This document shows positions 19,491 through 29,721 of a DNA stretch of 54,189 bases, in pieces. A program made the translations under genes and the position numbers. Source of the stretch: Escherichia coli (GTDB lineage: Bacteria; Pseudomonadota; Gammaproteobacteria; Enterobacterales; Enterobacteriaceae); assembly GCF_003334335.1 (NCBI RefSeq), contig NZ_QOWQ01000032.1, one strand, 5' to 3'. Position 1 is the stretch's first letter; the number at the start of each line of letters is the position of its first letter. The notes under the pieces were generated by a model that saw only the letters and a program-made list of their open reading frames with translations, made no database searches and was not told the DNA's origin.

Positions 19491-21452
19491 TTACCCTTTT
19501 CGCTTCGGCAATGTTTTCAGCAGCTCATCCGGACTTACGGATGCCACTACGCTTCCCGGTAACGGCATTTTCAGTATGTGATTTTTGATTTTGCCAATGA
19601 CGTGCATCTCGCATGGGCGGCAATCAAACTTTAGCGTTAATACTTCATCGCCGTTAACCAGTTGCATTGGCGTCGCCTTCCAGCTTTTGATATTGCCTTT
19701 CGCCTGTTTCGGGCACAGATTAAAGGCAAAGCGCAGACAATGCTTGGTGATCATCACCGGGACTTCGCCCTTCTCTTCATGTGCTTCATACGCCGCGTCA
19801 ATCAGCTGCACACCATAGCGATGATAAAATTCACGCGCTTTCTGGTTGTATACGTTCGCGAGGAAACTCAGATGCGTTTGCGGATAAACCGGCGCAGGAT
19901 CAGCAACCGGTTTACGGCTGCCGCGCTGGTAACTGGCAAGACGCGCAGCATCCAGCATGTCAGCAGCTTCACGGCGGAACTGGTTTAACAGACTGTTTGG
20001 TACAAACAGCGCCCCCGGCAAATTAATTTGCACATCGCGGGCGTAATAGAGGGTTTGCCCCAGTTTTGCCAGACCATCCTTCAGATTGTTCATTGCTTTT
20101 TCGGCGTTATTGGCTTCGTCGAACTGCCCGTCCAGCGTATGCGTGATGCTGACACCCTCTTCACTGGTGAGGGTCAGAATCAGTTGTTCCTGCCAGCCGC
20201 CCAGTTCAATGTCTACCGCCACCCGACGTTCGCTGGAGGTTTTTGTCAGTGCCTGCTGCCAGTTATGATCAAGATTACGGTTTAGTGGGTGATGTGGACG
20301 AATTTTGTGCAAATCTGCTGGCATTTCATTGGGCCAGACGCGGTACTGATTTTCTCCGGTTTTCTCGACCGTATTGGCACGAAAACCGACGACTTCACGT
20401 TTAATCAACACGTTCAGGCCATCGCCATTTGCCAGTGGCTCGGTAACGGCAACATCGAGATGATCTTTCGCCACTTTCACTACTTCGCCTACCGGCAGGC
20501 CGATAAATTTCGGCGAATCGAACGCGCCAATATCGCCTTTACGGGCATTCACAAAATAATCTGTGCTACCACGGTGGAAAGTCTTTTCCGTCGATGGAAC
20601 AAAGAAATGTTCAGTACGACCTGATGAAGCGCGCGCCAGATCGCCACGTTCTTCAATAATGGCATCAAGCATCTGGCGATAATGGGCGGTGATATTCTTC
20701 ACGTAGCTCATATCTTTGTAACGCCCTTCAATCTTGAAGGAGCGTACACCAGCATCAATCAGCGCGCCGAGGTTGGCAGTCTGATCGTTATCTTTCATCG
20801 ACAGCAGATGTTTTTCATAGGAAACCACCCGCCCCTGATCGTCTTTCAATGTGTATGGCAAACGGCACGCCTGCGAGCAATCGCCACGGTTGGCGCTACG
20901 CCCTGTTTGCGCATGAGAAATGTAGCACTGACCCGAATAGGCCACGCACAGTGCCCCATGAATAAAGAATTCAATGGTCGCGTCCGTAGCCTGGTGAATC
21001 GCGCGGATCTGATCAAGATTCAGCTCTCGCGCCAGCACAATCTGCGTGAAGCCAACATCAGAGAGGAACTTCGCTTTTTCAACTGTACGAATGTCGCACT
21101 GCGTACTGGCGTGCAGTTCAATCGGCGGAATATCAAGTTCCAGAATCCCCATATCCTGAACAATCAGCGCATCGACACCGGTCTGGTAGAGGTCAGTAAT
21201 CAGCCGTTGCGCGGGTTCCAGCTCATCATCATGCAAAATGGTGTTAAGCGTGACGAAAATTTTTGCACCATAACGATGGGCAAACGGCACCAGCTCGGCA
21301 ATATCTTTCAAGCTATTACTGGCATTATGACGGGCACCAAAACCAGGGCCGCCGATATAAACAGCATCGGCACCGTGCAAAATAGCTTCGCGGGCAATGG
21401 CGGCATCGCGTGCCGGGCTTAACAGTTCAAGTCGATGAGAAGATACGGTCAC
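19491..21452 (-). CDS. rlhA: U32-family protein; 23S rRNA 5-hydroxycytidine C2501 synthase
   Basis: Peptidase-U32 fold. Track ORF is 667 aa from a GTG at 21494; the GTG at 21452 gives the 653 aa I recall for YdcP/RlhA. Start is ambiguous by 14 codons. Confidence 0.85.
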   Translation of the reverse strand: MTVSSHRLELLSPARDAAIAREAILHGADAVYIGGPGFGARHNASNSLKDIAELVPFAHRYGAKIFVTLNTILHDDELEPAQRLITDLYQTGVDALIVQDMGILELDIPPIELHASTQCDIRTVEKAKFLSDVGFTQIVLARELNLDQIRAIHQATDATIEFFIHGALCVAYSGQCYISHAQTGRSANRGDCSQACRLPYTLKDDQGRVVSYEKHLLSMKDNDQTANLGALIDAGVRSFKIEGRYKDMSYVKNITAHYRQMLDAIIEERGDLARASSGRTEHFFVPSTEKTFHRGSTDYFVNARKGDIGAFDSPKFIGLPVGEVVKVAKDHLDVAVTEPLANGDGLNVLIKREVVGFRANTVEKTGENQYRVWPNEMPADLHKIRPHHPLNRNLDHNWQQALTKTSSERRVAVDIELGGWQEQLILTLTSEEGVSITHTLDGQFDEANNAEKAMNNLKDGLAKLGQTLYYARDVQINLPGALFVPNSLLNQFRREAADMLDAARLASYQRGSRKPVADPAPVYPQTHLSFLANVYNQKAREFYHRYGVQLIDAAYEAHEEKGEVPVMITKHCLRFAFNLCPKQAKGNIKSWKATPMQLVNGDEVLTLKFDCRPCEMHVIGKIKNHILKMPLPGSVVASVSPDELLKTLPKRKG

Positions 21453-21524
21453 ATTCTTATCCAGTAGCTGAAAAATGGCGGCTATTTTAGCCACAAGCGC
21501 GACGTTGCGAAATAGTTTTCCCGC

Positions 21525-22061
21525 TTAACTGCGCGGGTAATGGATGAGGGAATGAAAATGTACGGTTTGCTCCCCACCATTACGATAGATATGCGTGACG
21601 TCTGCAGCAAATCGAACGCCTTCCCCACAATTAAGGGTCTGCCATTCCCCATCAACGCACAGATCAAGTTGTCCATCAATGACGACGACATGTTCGATTA
21701 CCCCCTTCTCATGGGGCGTCGATTCGCTTATTGCACCAGATGCCATCTGAATCGAGAAGTGTTCAAAGCAGAGTTGTGGATCATAAGGAAACAGCGAAGT
21801 GATCACCATCGCCTGCTGTTGTGGATCATAAACTGAAGGCGTAGCGGACTGCGGCGGAGAAATAAATGTTGAAAATGGTACGTTCAACCCGGTGGCAATT
21901 TTCCATAATGTCGCGACCGTCGGACTGGACTCATTACGCTCAATCTGCCCTAACATTGCTTTAGAAACGCCCGTCGCTTCTGCCAGTCGCGAAAGACTCC
22001 AGCCGCGCTGCTGGCGTAGTTGTTTAAGTGTGGTGGATAAAAAGCGAGCGAGATTTTCCAT
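21525..22061 (-). CDS. ydcN: XRE-family HTH regulator with C-terminal cupin domain
   Basis: 178-aa ORF with N-terminal HTH (LSRLAEATGVSKAMLGQIERNESSPT) and C-terminal cupin-like region. Confidence 0.85.
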   Translation of the reverse strand: MENLARFLSTTLKQLRQQRGWSLSRLAEATGVSKAMLGQIERNESSPTVATLWKIATGLNVPFSTFISPPQSATPSVYDPQQQAMVITSLFPYDPQLCFEHFSIQMASGAISESTPHEKGVIEHVVVIDGQLDLCVDGEWQTLNCGEGVRFAADVTHIYRNGGEQTVHFHSLIHYPRS

Positions 22062-22152
22062 GCGACTCCTCCGGCAAAACGGAAGTTTATCACTTGTGCG
22101 TTATAACGGACAAATGCTACGGTGCCTGTACGCTATAACGCACGAGGTGACT

Positions 22153-23328
22153 ATGCGTCTGTTTTCTATTCCTCCACCCACGCTACTGGCGGGGTTTCTG
22201 GCGGTATTAATTGGCTACGCCAGTTCAGCGGCAATAATCTGGCAAGCAGCGATTGTCGCCGGAGCCACCACTGCACAAATCTCTGGCTGGATGACGGCGC
22301 TGGGGCTGGCAATGGGCGTCAGTACGCTGACTCTGACATTATGGTATCGCGTACCTGTTCTCACCGCATGGTCAACGCCTGGCGCGGCTTTGTTGGTCAC
22401 CGGATTGCAGGGACTAACACTTAACGAAGCCATCGGCGTTTTTATTGTCACCAACGCGCTAATAGTCCTCTGCGGCATAACGGGACTCTTTGCTCGTCTG
22501 ATGCGCATTATTCCGCACTCGCTTGCGGCGGCAATGCTTGCCGGGATTTTATTACGCTTTGGTTTACAGGCGTTTGCCAGTCTGGACGGTCAATTTACGT
22601 TGTGTGGAAGTATGTTGCTGGTATGGCTGGCAACCAAGGCCGTTGCGCCGCGCTATGCGGTAATTGCCGCGATGATTATTGGGATCGTGATCGTCATCGC
22701 GCAAGGTGACGTTGTCACAACTGATGTTGTCTTTAAACCCGTTCTCCCCACTTATATTACCCCTGATTTTTCGTTTGCTCACAGCCTGAGCGTTGCACTC
22801 CCCCTTTTTCTGGTGACGATGGCATCGCAAAACGCACCGGGTATCGCAGCAATGAAAGCAGCTGGATATTCGGCTCCTGTTTCGCCATTAATTGTATTTA
22901 CTGGATTGCTGGCACTGGTTTTTTCCCCTTTCGGCGTTTATTCCGTCGGTATTGCGGCAATCACCGCGGCTATTTGCCAAAGCCCGGAAGCGCATCCGGA
23001 TAAAGATCAACGTTGGCTGGCCGCTGCCGTTGCAGGCATTTTCTATTTGCTCGCAGGTCTGTTTGGTAGTGCCATTACCGGGATGATGGCTGCCCTGCCC
23101 GTAAGTTGGATCCAGATGCTGGCAGGTCTGGCGCTGTTAAGTACCATCGGCGGCAGTTTGTATCAGGCGCTGCATAATGAGCGTGAGCGAGACGCGGCGG
23201 TGGTGGCATTTCTGGTAACGGCAAGTGGATTGACGCTGGTCGGGATTGGTTCTGCGTTTTGGGGATTAATTGCCGGAGGCGTTTGTTACGTGGTGTTGAA
23301 TTTAATCGCTGACAGAAACCGATATTGA
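22153..23328 (+). CDS. ydcO: BenE-family (benzoate-type) membrane transporter
   Basis: Track ORF 21892-23328 is over-extended from a GTG. ATG at 22153 gives MRLFSIPPP... of 391 aa, multi-TM. Stop codon abuts the IS609 end. Confidence 0.85.
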   Translation: MRLFSIPPPTLLAGFLAVLIGYASSAAIIWQAAIVAGATTAQISGWMTALGLAMGVSTLTLTLWYRVPVLTAWSTPGAALLVTGLQGLTLNEAIGVFIVTNALIVLCGITGLFARLMRIIPHSLAAAMLAGILLRFGLQAFASLDGQFTLCGSMLLVWLATKAVAPRYAVIAAMIIGIVIVIAQGDVVTTDVVFKPVLPTYITPDFSFAHSLSVALPLFLVTMASQNAPGIAAMKAAGYSAPVSPLIVFTGLLALVFSPFGVYSVGIAAITAAICQSPEAHPDKDQRWLAAAVAGIFYLLAGLFGSAITGMMAALPVSWIQMLAGLALLSTIGGSLYQALHNERERDAAVVAFLVTASGLTLVGIGSAFWGLIAGGVCYVVLNLIADRNRY

Positions 23329-23334
23329 CATCCT

Positions 23335-23354
23335 CCACGCCCTGAAGGACGTGG
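23335..23354. repeat. IS609 subterminal hairpin (tnpB-proximal, RE-like)
   Basis: ccacg-ccctgaagga-cgtgg, lying 14 nt beyond the tnpB stop codon. Confidence 0.5.
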
Positions 23355-23367
23355 ATCCCTGCTACGT

Positions 23368-24576
23368 TCAGGCTGTCGCCTGAATCATTTCGGTGGGTTC
23401 CTGCTTCAACGGGCGGCCTGACTGCACCATCTCTCCACAGGCAAGAACGGCGTGCCCCGCCGCTAAAATGTTGCGAGCGCCATTTACATCGGCGTTCGCT
23501 GTATATCCACATACCTGGCATCTGAATTTACTTTGTGACAGGCGGTTCTCTTTCGCTGTATGACCACAGTACGCGCAACGCTGGCTTGTATACGCTGGCG
23601 GAACAGCAAGCACCTGACCGCCACGCCAGAGCTGCTTGTACGCAAGCTGGCGGCGCATTTCATACCAGCCCTGATCCAGTATCGAACGGTTTAAACCTGA
23701 TTTTGCCCGGACATTGCGCCCCGGCTGGCTGACCGTACCCGCTGCTGACTTTGACATGTTGCTGACCTTCAAATCCTCAATGACTATCATTGCGTGGTTT
23801 TTGCTGACGGCCGTTGTGACTTTGTGAAGGTAGTCCCTGCGGATATTTGCGATACAGGAATGCAGTCGCTGTATTTTGCGTTTCTGCTTTTGCCAGTTGT
23901 TGCTGAATTTGACCTTGCGGCTTAACTGTCGCTGAAGTCTCGCCAGCTTCTTCTGGTTTTTCTGAAAACTGTTTACAGGCTCAAAGACTGTGCCATCTGA
24001 CAGCGTGGCGAGTTTAGCCACGCCAGCATCCAGCCCGACCATTGATGCTGAAGGGTGAACCGGAGTTGATACTTCACTTTCTGTCTGAATACTGATGTAC
24101 CACTTACCGCAGGACTGGCTGACAGTGACATTTTTCACAACACCCGTGACCTGACGGCTGTTCCGGTAGCGCATCCAGCCCAGTTTCGGCAGAAAAATAC
24201 GGCTGTTTTCCTGATCGAGCTTAACGCCCTGCGGGTAGCGGAATGCATCATTCTGTCCCCGCTTTTTGAATCGGGGAAAAGCAGCCCGCTTCCGGAAGAA
24301 GTTTTTGTAAGCCCGCTCAAGGTCTTTCAGTGACTGTTGCAATGGCTGTGAGGGAGAATCTTTAAGCCATTGCGTTTCAGTGGCATTTTTCCACTCAACC
24401 AGCCAGGAAGCCATTTTCCCGTAAGGGATGTATTTATTACCGGCCTCATGATTCTCATTCTGACGTGCCAGAGCACGATTGAAAACGAAACGACATGCGC
24501 CTGCGAAGCGCCTCATTTCACACTCCTGTTGACCACCGGGTCTTAACTGGAATTTAAATGCCTGTAATCGTTTCAC
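23368..24576 (-). CDS. insQ: TnpB (IS605 OrfB family, RuvC-like RNA-guided nuclease)
   Basis: 402-aa ORF with RuvC-I GLDAGV, Ruv[11 protein letters not shown], zinc finger CAYCGH...CQVCGY and RuvC-III DVNGARN all present. Annotated start may be the internal Met at codon 21 (382 aa). Confidence 0.85.
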   Translation of the reverse strand: MKRLQAFKFQLRPGGQQECEMRRFAGACRFVFNRALARQNENHEAGNKYIPYGKMASWLVEWKNATETQWLKDSPSQPLQQSLKDLERAYKNFFRKRAAFPRFKKRGQNDAFRYPQGVKLDQENSRIFLPKLGWMRYRNSRQVTGVVKNVTVSQSCGKWYISIQTESEVSTPVHPSASMVGLDAGVAKLATLSDGTVFEPVNSFQKNQKKLARLQRQLSRKVKFSNNWQKQKRKIQRLHSCIANIRRDYLHKVTTAVSKNHAMIVIEDLKVSNMSKSAAGTVSQPGRNVRAKSGLNRSILDQGWYEMRRQLAYKQLWRGGQVLAVPPAYTSQRCAYCGHTAKENRLSQSKFRCQVCGYTANADVNGARNILAAGHAVLACGEMVQSGRPLKQEPTEMIQATA

Positions 24577-24583
24577 AGGTCAA

Positions 24584-25090
24584 ATGATACTTTGGTCTGT
24601 GAAAAAAGAAACCGATATCCGGCGTGGAAGGCATTGTGTTTTCCTGATGCATGTTCACCTGCTCTTTGTCACCAGATACCGACGCCAGATTTTTGACCAT
24701 GACGCGACAGAAAAACTACGCACTTACTTTTCAAATGTATGTGCTGATTTTGAAGCTGAACTGGTTGAAATGGATGGCGAACCAGATCACGTCCATTTGT
24801 TAATTAACTATCCTCCCAAACTGGCGATATCCAGTCTGGTAAACAGCCTCAAAGGCGTATCGGGTAGGTGACTGCGACGAGATCGACCAGATATTGCATT
24901 CAGGTATTACTACAAAGGCGTTTTGTGGAGTCCTGGCTATTTTGCCAGTAGCTGCGGAGGTGCGCCAATATCCGTCATCCGCCAATACATTGAACAACAG
25001 CAAACACCTGGTCAGGTGGAAAACCGCGCCTTATATCCCCGCCCTGAAGGATGGGGTTTTACGGCGCACCGGATAAAAAGCGCCATCTAA
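24584..25090 (+). pseudogene. insP: IS200/IS605 TnpA (Y1 HuH transposase), frameshifted
   Basis: Frame 1 (24584-24871) encodes the HuH region (PDHVHLLINYPPK) and stops after ...KGVSGR. The C-terminal part with the catalytic Tyr (GVLWSPGYFASSCGGAPISVIRQYIEQQ) continues in the +1 frame to 25088-25090. Needs a 1-nt correction near 24869-24872. Confidence 0.7.
25037..25056. repeat. IS609 subterminal hairpin (tnpA-proximal, LE-like)
   Basis: ccccg-ccctgaagga-tgggg, with the same loop and orientation as the hairpin at 23335-23354, 1702 bp away. Confidence 0.5.
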
Positions 25091-25099
25091 CGATGGCGC
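25075..25099 (-). terminator. intrinsic terminator of ydcL
   Basis: Minus strand reads gcgccatc-gtta-gatggcgc followed by ttttt. Lies just outside the IS609 end. Confidence 0.5.
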
Positions 25100-25107
25100 G
25101 TCTGGAA

Positions 25108-25776
25108 CTACTTTTTGTTAACGTCAAACATGGTGGCATCGGTCGCCATGTCATCAATAACTTGTTTAATATTTTCGAAAGCCATTGGCGTACTTTCGTT
25201 ATTCAGGTCTTTACCTTCGCCCTGACGAACGACTTTGATAACCGGTTTATTAGTCGCTGCATCAATCAGCTCACCTTCAAAATAGAGGCGAGTATCCATG
25301 GTACGGTGGCCTGTAGCCATTTGCGTCCCCGCAACCACTAATGCAACAGGAACCACTTCATAGAATTGCAGCCCTTCTTTGCTGGTATCTACACCGGTAA
25401 TGGCCCCACGGAAAATCAGACTACGCGGCCCAGCGGTGGTAACCAGTGGTTTACGCTGCGCTATCGCTTCTTTCATTTCGGTGTTGGTATAGTTCAAAAT
25501 TTTATCCAGAACTTTCTGCCCTACCTGGGTCGACGGTTTCGGTACCGGATAATAAGTGATTGGGTTCCAGACGATGCTGTCATATTTGCTTTGATCAAAA
25601 CTCGGGTCTACCCAACGTAAAACAGGTTTACCTGTAGCCGAGGTTGTTTCTTTTAAATCAGAGTAATTGTTTAAAAAACCAGAATATTTATCTGGCTGGG
25701 TGATTTTAGAGGCACAACCAGACAGAGCCAATAAGCCGCATAAAGCTGCAACTTTCGCAAATGATGTGGTACGCAT
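25108..25776 (-). CDS. ydcL: lipoprotein (DUF3313)
   Basis: 222-aa ORF with lipobox LALSGCAS in the signal peptide. Matches YdcL. Confidence 0.85.
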   Translation of the reverse strand: MRTTSFAKVAALCGLLALSGCASKITQPDKYSGFLNNYSDLKETTSATGKPVLRWVDPSFDQSKYDSIVWNPITYYPVPKPSTQVGQKVLDKILNYTNTEMKEAIAQRKPLVTTAGPRSLIFRGAITGVDTSKEGLQFYEVVPVALVVAGTQMATGHRTMDTRLYFEGELIDAATNKPVIKVVRQGEGKDLNNESTPMAFENIKQVIDDMATDATMFDVNKK

Positions 25777-26077
25777 GAATAGTTTCCTGAGATGATTATA
25801 TTACTTTCTAAGTTATAGCAAAAAGCGCCGCTTCGTGTTGTGGCAAAAAAAGTGTTGGTGAAAATAAATTTTTCAGCCCCTTTTCAGACGACATAGTCAA
25901 TGCCGAAAAAGGGGCTAAGTCAATCATCAGTACTTAAATTTCAGTAAGTTAAGCTGCTAAAAACTTCGACTACTGTGATTAATTTCACATCCCTTCGATA
26001 AAAAATATGCTTACCGAAAAGAAGAACAGTAAATCATCTCAGCGTGGGGAATTTTCACGCGTTTTGTGCTTACCGGG

Positions 26078-26671
26078 TCATTTTTTACGTGCCAGCATCG
26101 TGGCGAAACGCAGTTTAATACGATTACCGTTGGCGTCGGTGCGGTGCAGCTCGCCGACGTCTTCATTGTATTTCACCCTCTCCCAGCCTTCGTAATATCG
26201 ACGTAATTCTCCCTCTTTGAAGGCAAACGGGAAGCCGACGGTACATGGATAATCAGCGGTATCCATCGCCGCCACAATCAGGTTGTAACCACCAGGTTTA
26301 GTGCAACGTTGCATATTGGCAATCAACCCGGGGATGGTTTTAGCCTCAAGGAACATCAGCACCACAGTCGAAAGAATAAAATCGTACTGTCTATCAAATG
26401 TGAGGTTATTCAGATCAACGACTCGGGTGTGTAAATTATCCAGATTTTCAATGGATTTAATGCGCTCGACGTTGGCGATACTCATGGCATTTTTATCCCA
26501 TGCGTCAACATCATAACCATTGGCTGCCAGGTAAAGACTGTTACGACCATTGCCACAGCCCAGATCCAGCGTTTTACCCGGTTTAACCACTTTCACCGCT
26601 TCCAGTACTTCAGAGTGTGTGCGGGTTAATTCATATTTATCAGTAAAATAGTTTTCGTCACGAATGATCAT
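26078..26671 (-). CDS. tehB: tellurite resistance SAM-dependent methyltransferase
   Basis: 197-aa ORF with SAM motif [15 protein letters not shown]. Start overlaps the tehA stop by 4 nt. Confidence 0.9.
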
Positions 26672-27660
26672 TCTTTGTCCTCTGCTTTCATTAAAACGGC
26701 GCGCTCGGTTCTGACTAACAATTTTCCCTGCATCAGAAGCGCAAAAGTACGGATGAGCAGTATTGCAATAATAAAATTGGTAAAGATAAACAGCGGCACC
26801 GCCAGCGTATGGAAAAATCCATTATCGCTGCCACTCCCCAGATGCAAACCGGTGGTTGCCAGTGCAGATACGCCGAACGAGAAACTCCAGAATGAAGCAT
26901 TAAATGGCTGGGAGAGATACCATGGCATCAGACGTAGCATAAACAGCAGTTGCAGCAGTCCATAACCGAAAAGCATTTTCGCCAGCGTGTCACCCTCGCC
27001 GCCGTTGACGCTCAGCCAGGCACTACAAGCCACCAGCGCAGGAGCGAGCTGAATGCCGAGTGATGTCCGCAGTGCCGTGGGTAATTCTCCCGAACTGCGC
27101 AGACGCTGCAAGATCACCGGTTCAAGGCTTAGCCATGAGAAAACGCCTGCGCCTAAAAACACCAGACCGGCGTCGGTGTAGCCCAACGCACCACAGGCCA
27201 TTGCGCTGATAAAGTTGTTGGCAACTGTCGGCAGATACAGTCCAGGCGTGGTAGCTTCTTCAGGGTGAGATCCGCGCCATAATCCCGCAGTTTGCCAGGC
27301 GGCATAAGCCAACTGAACCACGACACCAAAACTGAACAGGCACACCGCCAGTGGGCGAAACCACGGAACAAAACCAATCGCCACCAGCATCGTCGTTGCC
27401 GGAAACAAACTCACAAAACTGCTCAGCACTGGATGGCGAACTTCCGCCAGCACGCTATGCGGAAAGCGTATGAGTCGGGCAATAAATGCGCTAGTCAATA
27501 ATCCCCAGATGATCATCGCCAGAATCACCAGCCCATCCCCTAACCAGTGGCTGACCTGCCAAACCTGGCTGGCATAGCGCCAGGCAAATCCCATCCCTAT
27601 CGTCCCCAACACAATACCAAAGTAGCCTGCCGGCAAATTGAGCACTTTATCGCTCTGCAT
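26668..27660 (-). CDS. tehA: tellurite resistance / dicarboxylate-type membrane transporter
   Basis: Track ORF is over-extended by 36 codons. ATG at 27658-27660 gives [14 protein letters not shown]... of 330 aa, 10-TM. Confidence 0.9.
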
Positions 27661-27783
27661 CTTCTTACTCATTTTGTTTAATTTATAAAGTATATTTGAA
27701 ATGCATTTTATGGAATTTTCTCGAGCATAGCCAGAGCCGCAGAATTTGCTACGGTTATAGTAAGTCACCTGTGGGAAAACGCT

Positions 27784-28764
27784 ATGCGCAAATATCGTCT
27801 AAGTGAAGAACAGCGAGCCTTTAGTTATCAGGAAGATGGCACTAAAAAAAATGTGTTATTACGGCAGATTATCGCCATTAGCGATTTTAACGATGTGATA
27901 GCAGGAACCGCTGGCGGCTGGATCGATCGCGAAACGGTGTTAGCACAAGAAGGAAATTGCTGGATTTACGACCAGAATGCTATTGCGTTCGGCGGAGCGG
28001 TGATTTCCGGTAATACGCGTATCACCGGCACCAGCGTGCTGTGGGGAGAGGTTTACGCAACGGATAACGTCTGGATCGATAATAGTGAAATCAGCCAGGG
28101 TGCATATATAAGTGACAGCGTCACCATTCATGACTCATTAGTTTACGGGCAATGTAGAATATTTGGTCACGCCTTAATTGATCAACATTCTATGATCGTC
28201 GCCGCACAAGGCTTAACGCCCGACCATCAACTCCTGCTCCAAATTTATGATCGCGCAAGGGTTAGCGCCTCGCGTATTGTCCACCAGGCACAAATTTATG
28301 GCGATGCCGTCGTCCGGTATGCTTTTATTGAACATCGCGCCGAAGTTTTTGATTTTGCCAGTATTGAAGGTAATGAAGAGAACAATGTCTGGCTATGCGA
28401 TTGCGCTAAAGTCTACGGTCACGCGCAGGTGAAAGCTGGCATAGAAGAAGATGCCATTCCGACGATTCATTACAGTTCGCAGGTGGCGGAATATGCCATT
28501 GTGGAAGGTAATTGTGTGTTAAAACATCATGTCTTGGTTGGCGGAAATGCCGTGGTACGTGGCGGACCGATTCTGCTCGACGAGCACGTTGTCATACAAG
28601 GTGAGAGCCGTATTACAGGTGCGGTGATAATTGAAAACCATGTGGAGTTAACCGACCACGCCGTCGTTGAAGCCTTTGATGGCGACACGGTTCATGTCCG
28701 TGGTCCAAAAGTCATTAACGGCGAGGAGCGCATTACGCGAACGCCGCTGGCAGGGTTATTGTGA
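27784..28764 (+). CDS. ydcK: left-handed beta-helix (hexapeptide-repeat) protein
   Basis: 326-aa ORF with repeated hexapeptide-like motifs. Matches YdcK. Confidence 0.85.
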
Positions 28765-29295
28765 ATCGATAATACGCGCGTATAAGTTCACATCATCATA
28801 GGCATCATTCAGGAACTCAGCCTGTTTCAGGCAACCTTCAAGGATAAAACCATTGCGCAAAGCGACCTGGTTGCTTTGCGGATTGTCCACCCGACATTTG
28901 ATCACGAAGCGTCTAAGTTCACCAGACTGGGCGTAATGATGAATCAATGCCTGCAGCGCCTGAGAAATGATCCCCTGCCCCTGATGAGATTCGTCCAGCC
29001 AGTAGCCTATTTCAGCGGTTTTATTCAGTGGTTCAATACGATTAAACGAGATAACGCCGATAAGTTCATCTTCTTTGAAAATCATGAACATTTTGGCATA
29101 GCCGCGTTGATGCAACATCACATTACCCTGCACCGTTTTTCGCGTGTCCTCTTCACTTTGAACAAACTGCGGCCAGTTTAGCGACTGCTGTAACCAGGTT
29201 TTATTTTTACAGATTAACTGATAAAGAGGTTTGACGTGATTTTCTGCAACAGCATGTAATTCAAGTGATTCGCTTACTTTTATCGTTTCAGTCAT
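28756..29295 (-). CDS. rimL: ribosomal-protein L7/L12 serine N-acetyltransferase (GNAT)
   Basis: Track ORF starts at a TTG at 29310. ATG at 29295 gives MTETIKVSE... of 179 aa matching RimL. 3' end overlaps the ydcK 3' end by 9 bp. Confidence 0.85.
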   Translation of the reverse strand: MTETIKVSESLELHAVAENHVKPLYQLICKNKTWLQQSLNWPQFVQSEEDTRKTVQGNVMLHQRGYAKMFMIFKEDELIGVISFNRIEPLNKTAEIGYWLDESHQGQGIISQALQALIHHYAQSGELRRFVIKCRVDNPQSNQVALRNGFILEGCLKQAEFLNDAYDDVNLYARIIDSQ

Positions 29296-29324
29296 CTTAT
29301 CTCCAGTCAATCCATGCAGTTGTT

Positions 29325-29349
29325 AAAAAAGCCGCCTGGCTGGCGGCTT
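29325..29349 (-). terminator. intrinsic terminator of ydcH
   Basis: Minus strand reads aagccgcc-agcca-ggcggctt followed by tttttt. Confidence 0.5.
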
Positions 29350-29357
29350 AGGAAAGT

Positions 29358-29582
29358 TTACACCTCTTTGACGCTCTCCTGCTGCAGGATTTTGAGCATC
29401 TCATCTTTTAACTGTAGCTTTTGTTTTTTCATGCGGACCACTTCCGCATTGTACCCTCGACCGTCGGAACCTTCCTTTCTGGCAATTTCATGATCAAGTT
29501 TATTGTGTTTATCGAACAAGGACATAAAGCGAGGATTTTCGTTTTTCAGACGGGATATTAAATCTCGGTATTCTGGAAACAT
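29358..29582 (-). CDS. ydcH: small DUF465 protein
   Basis: ATG at 29580-29582 gives MFPEYRDLISRLKNENPRF... of 74 aa. Track ORF is extended by 2 codons from a GTG. Confidence 0.8.
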   Translation of the reverse strand: MFPEYRDLISRLKNENPRFMSLFDKHNKLDHEIARKEGSDGRGYNAEVVRMKKQKLQLKDEMLKILQQESVKEV

Positions 29583-29685
29583 ACGCACTCCCTGTTAGTG
29601 GCTGACAAGGTGTATCTGAAATACACACCATCAGATTACTCATTTAACTTAGGGAAAAATGCGAGCGGGATCGTGTTTAACCAGA

Positions 29686-29718
29686 CGGCACCTCCCGAAG
29701 AAGGTGCCGAAGAAAAAA
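29686..29718 (-). terminator. intrinsic terminator of opgD
   Basis: Stem cggcacc / ggtgccg with a 10-nt loop, followed on the minus strand by a U-run (plus-strand aagaaaaaa). Confidence 0.5.
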
Positions 29719-29721
29719 CGA

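Larger units (their letters stand above)
23325..25075 (-). mobile_element. IS200/IS605-family insertion sequence (IS609): divergent tnpA (frameshifted) and tnpB
   Basis: Two direct-oriented hairpins with identical 10-nt loops (23335-23354 and 25037-25056) bracket the tnpA/tnpB pair. Element ends are approximate (+/-15 bp); no terminal inverted repeats, as expected for this family. Confidence 0.7.

Noticed and set aside
20682-21422. 246-aa plus-strand ORF, and similar long antisense ORFs at 15695-16495, 4234-4854, 39360-39998, 45385-46047 and 30412-30852
   Set aside because: Each lies antisense inside a recognised gene (ydcP, ydcS, yncE, aldA, azoR, opgD) with low-complexity translations. Typical shadow ORFs in GC-rich coding DNA.
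23075-23521. 148-aa minus-strand ORF spanning the ydcO 3' end and tnpB 3' end
   Set aside because: Alternate frame overlapping tnpB and the IS end hairpin, with a Pro/Arg-rich low-complexity translation. Likely spurious.
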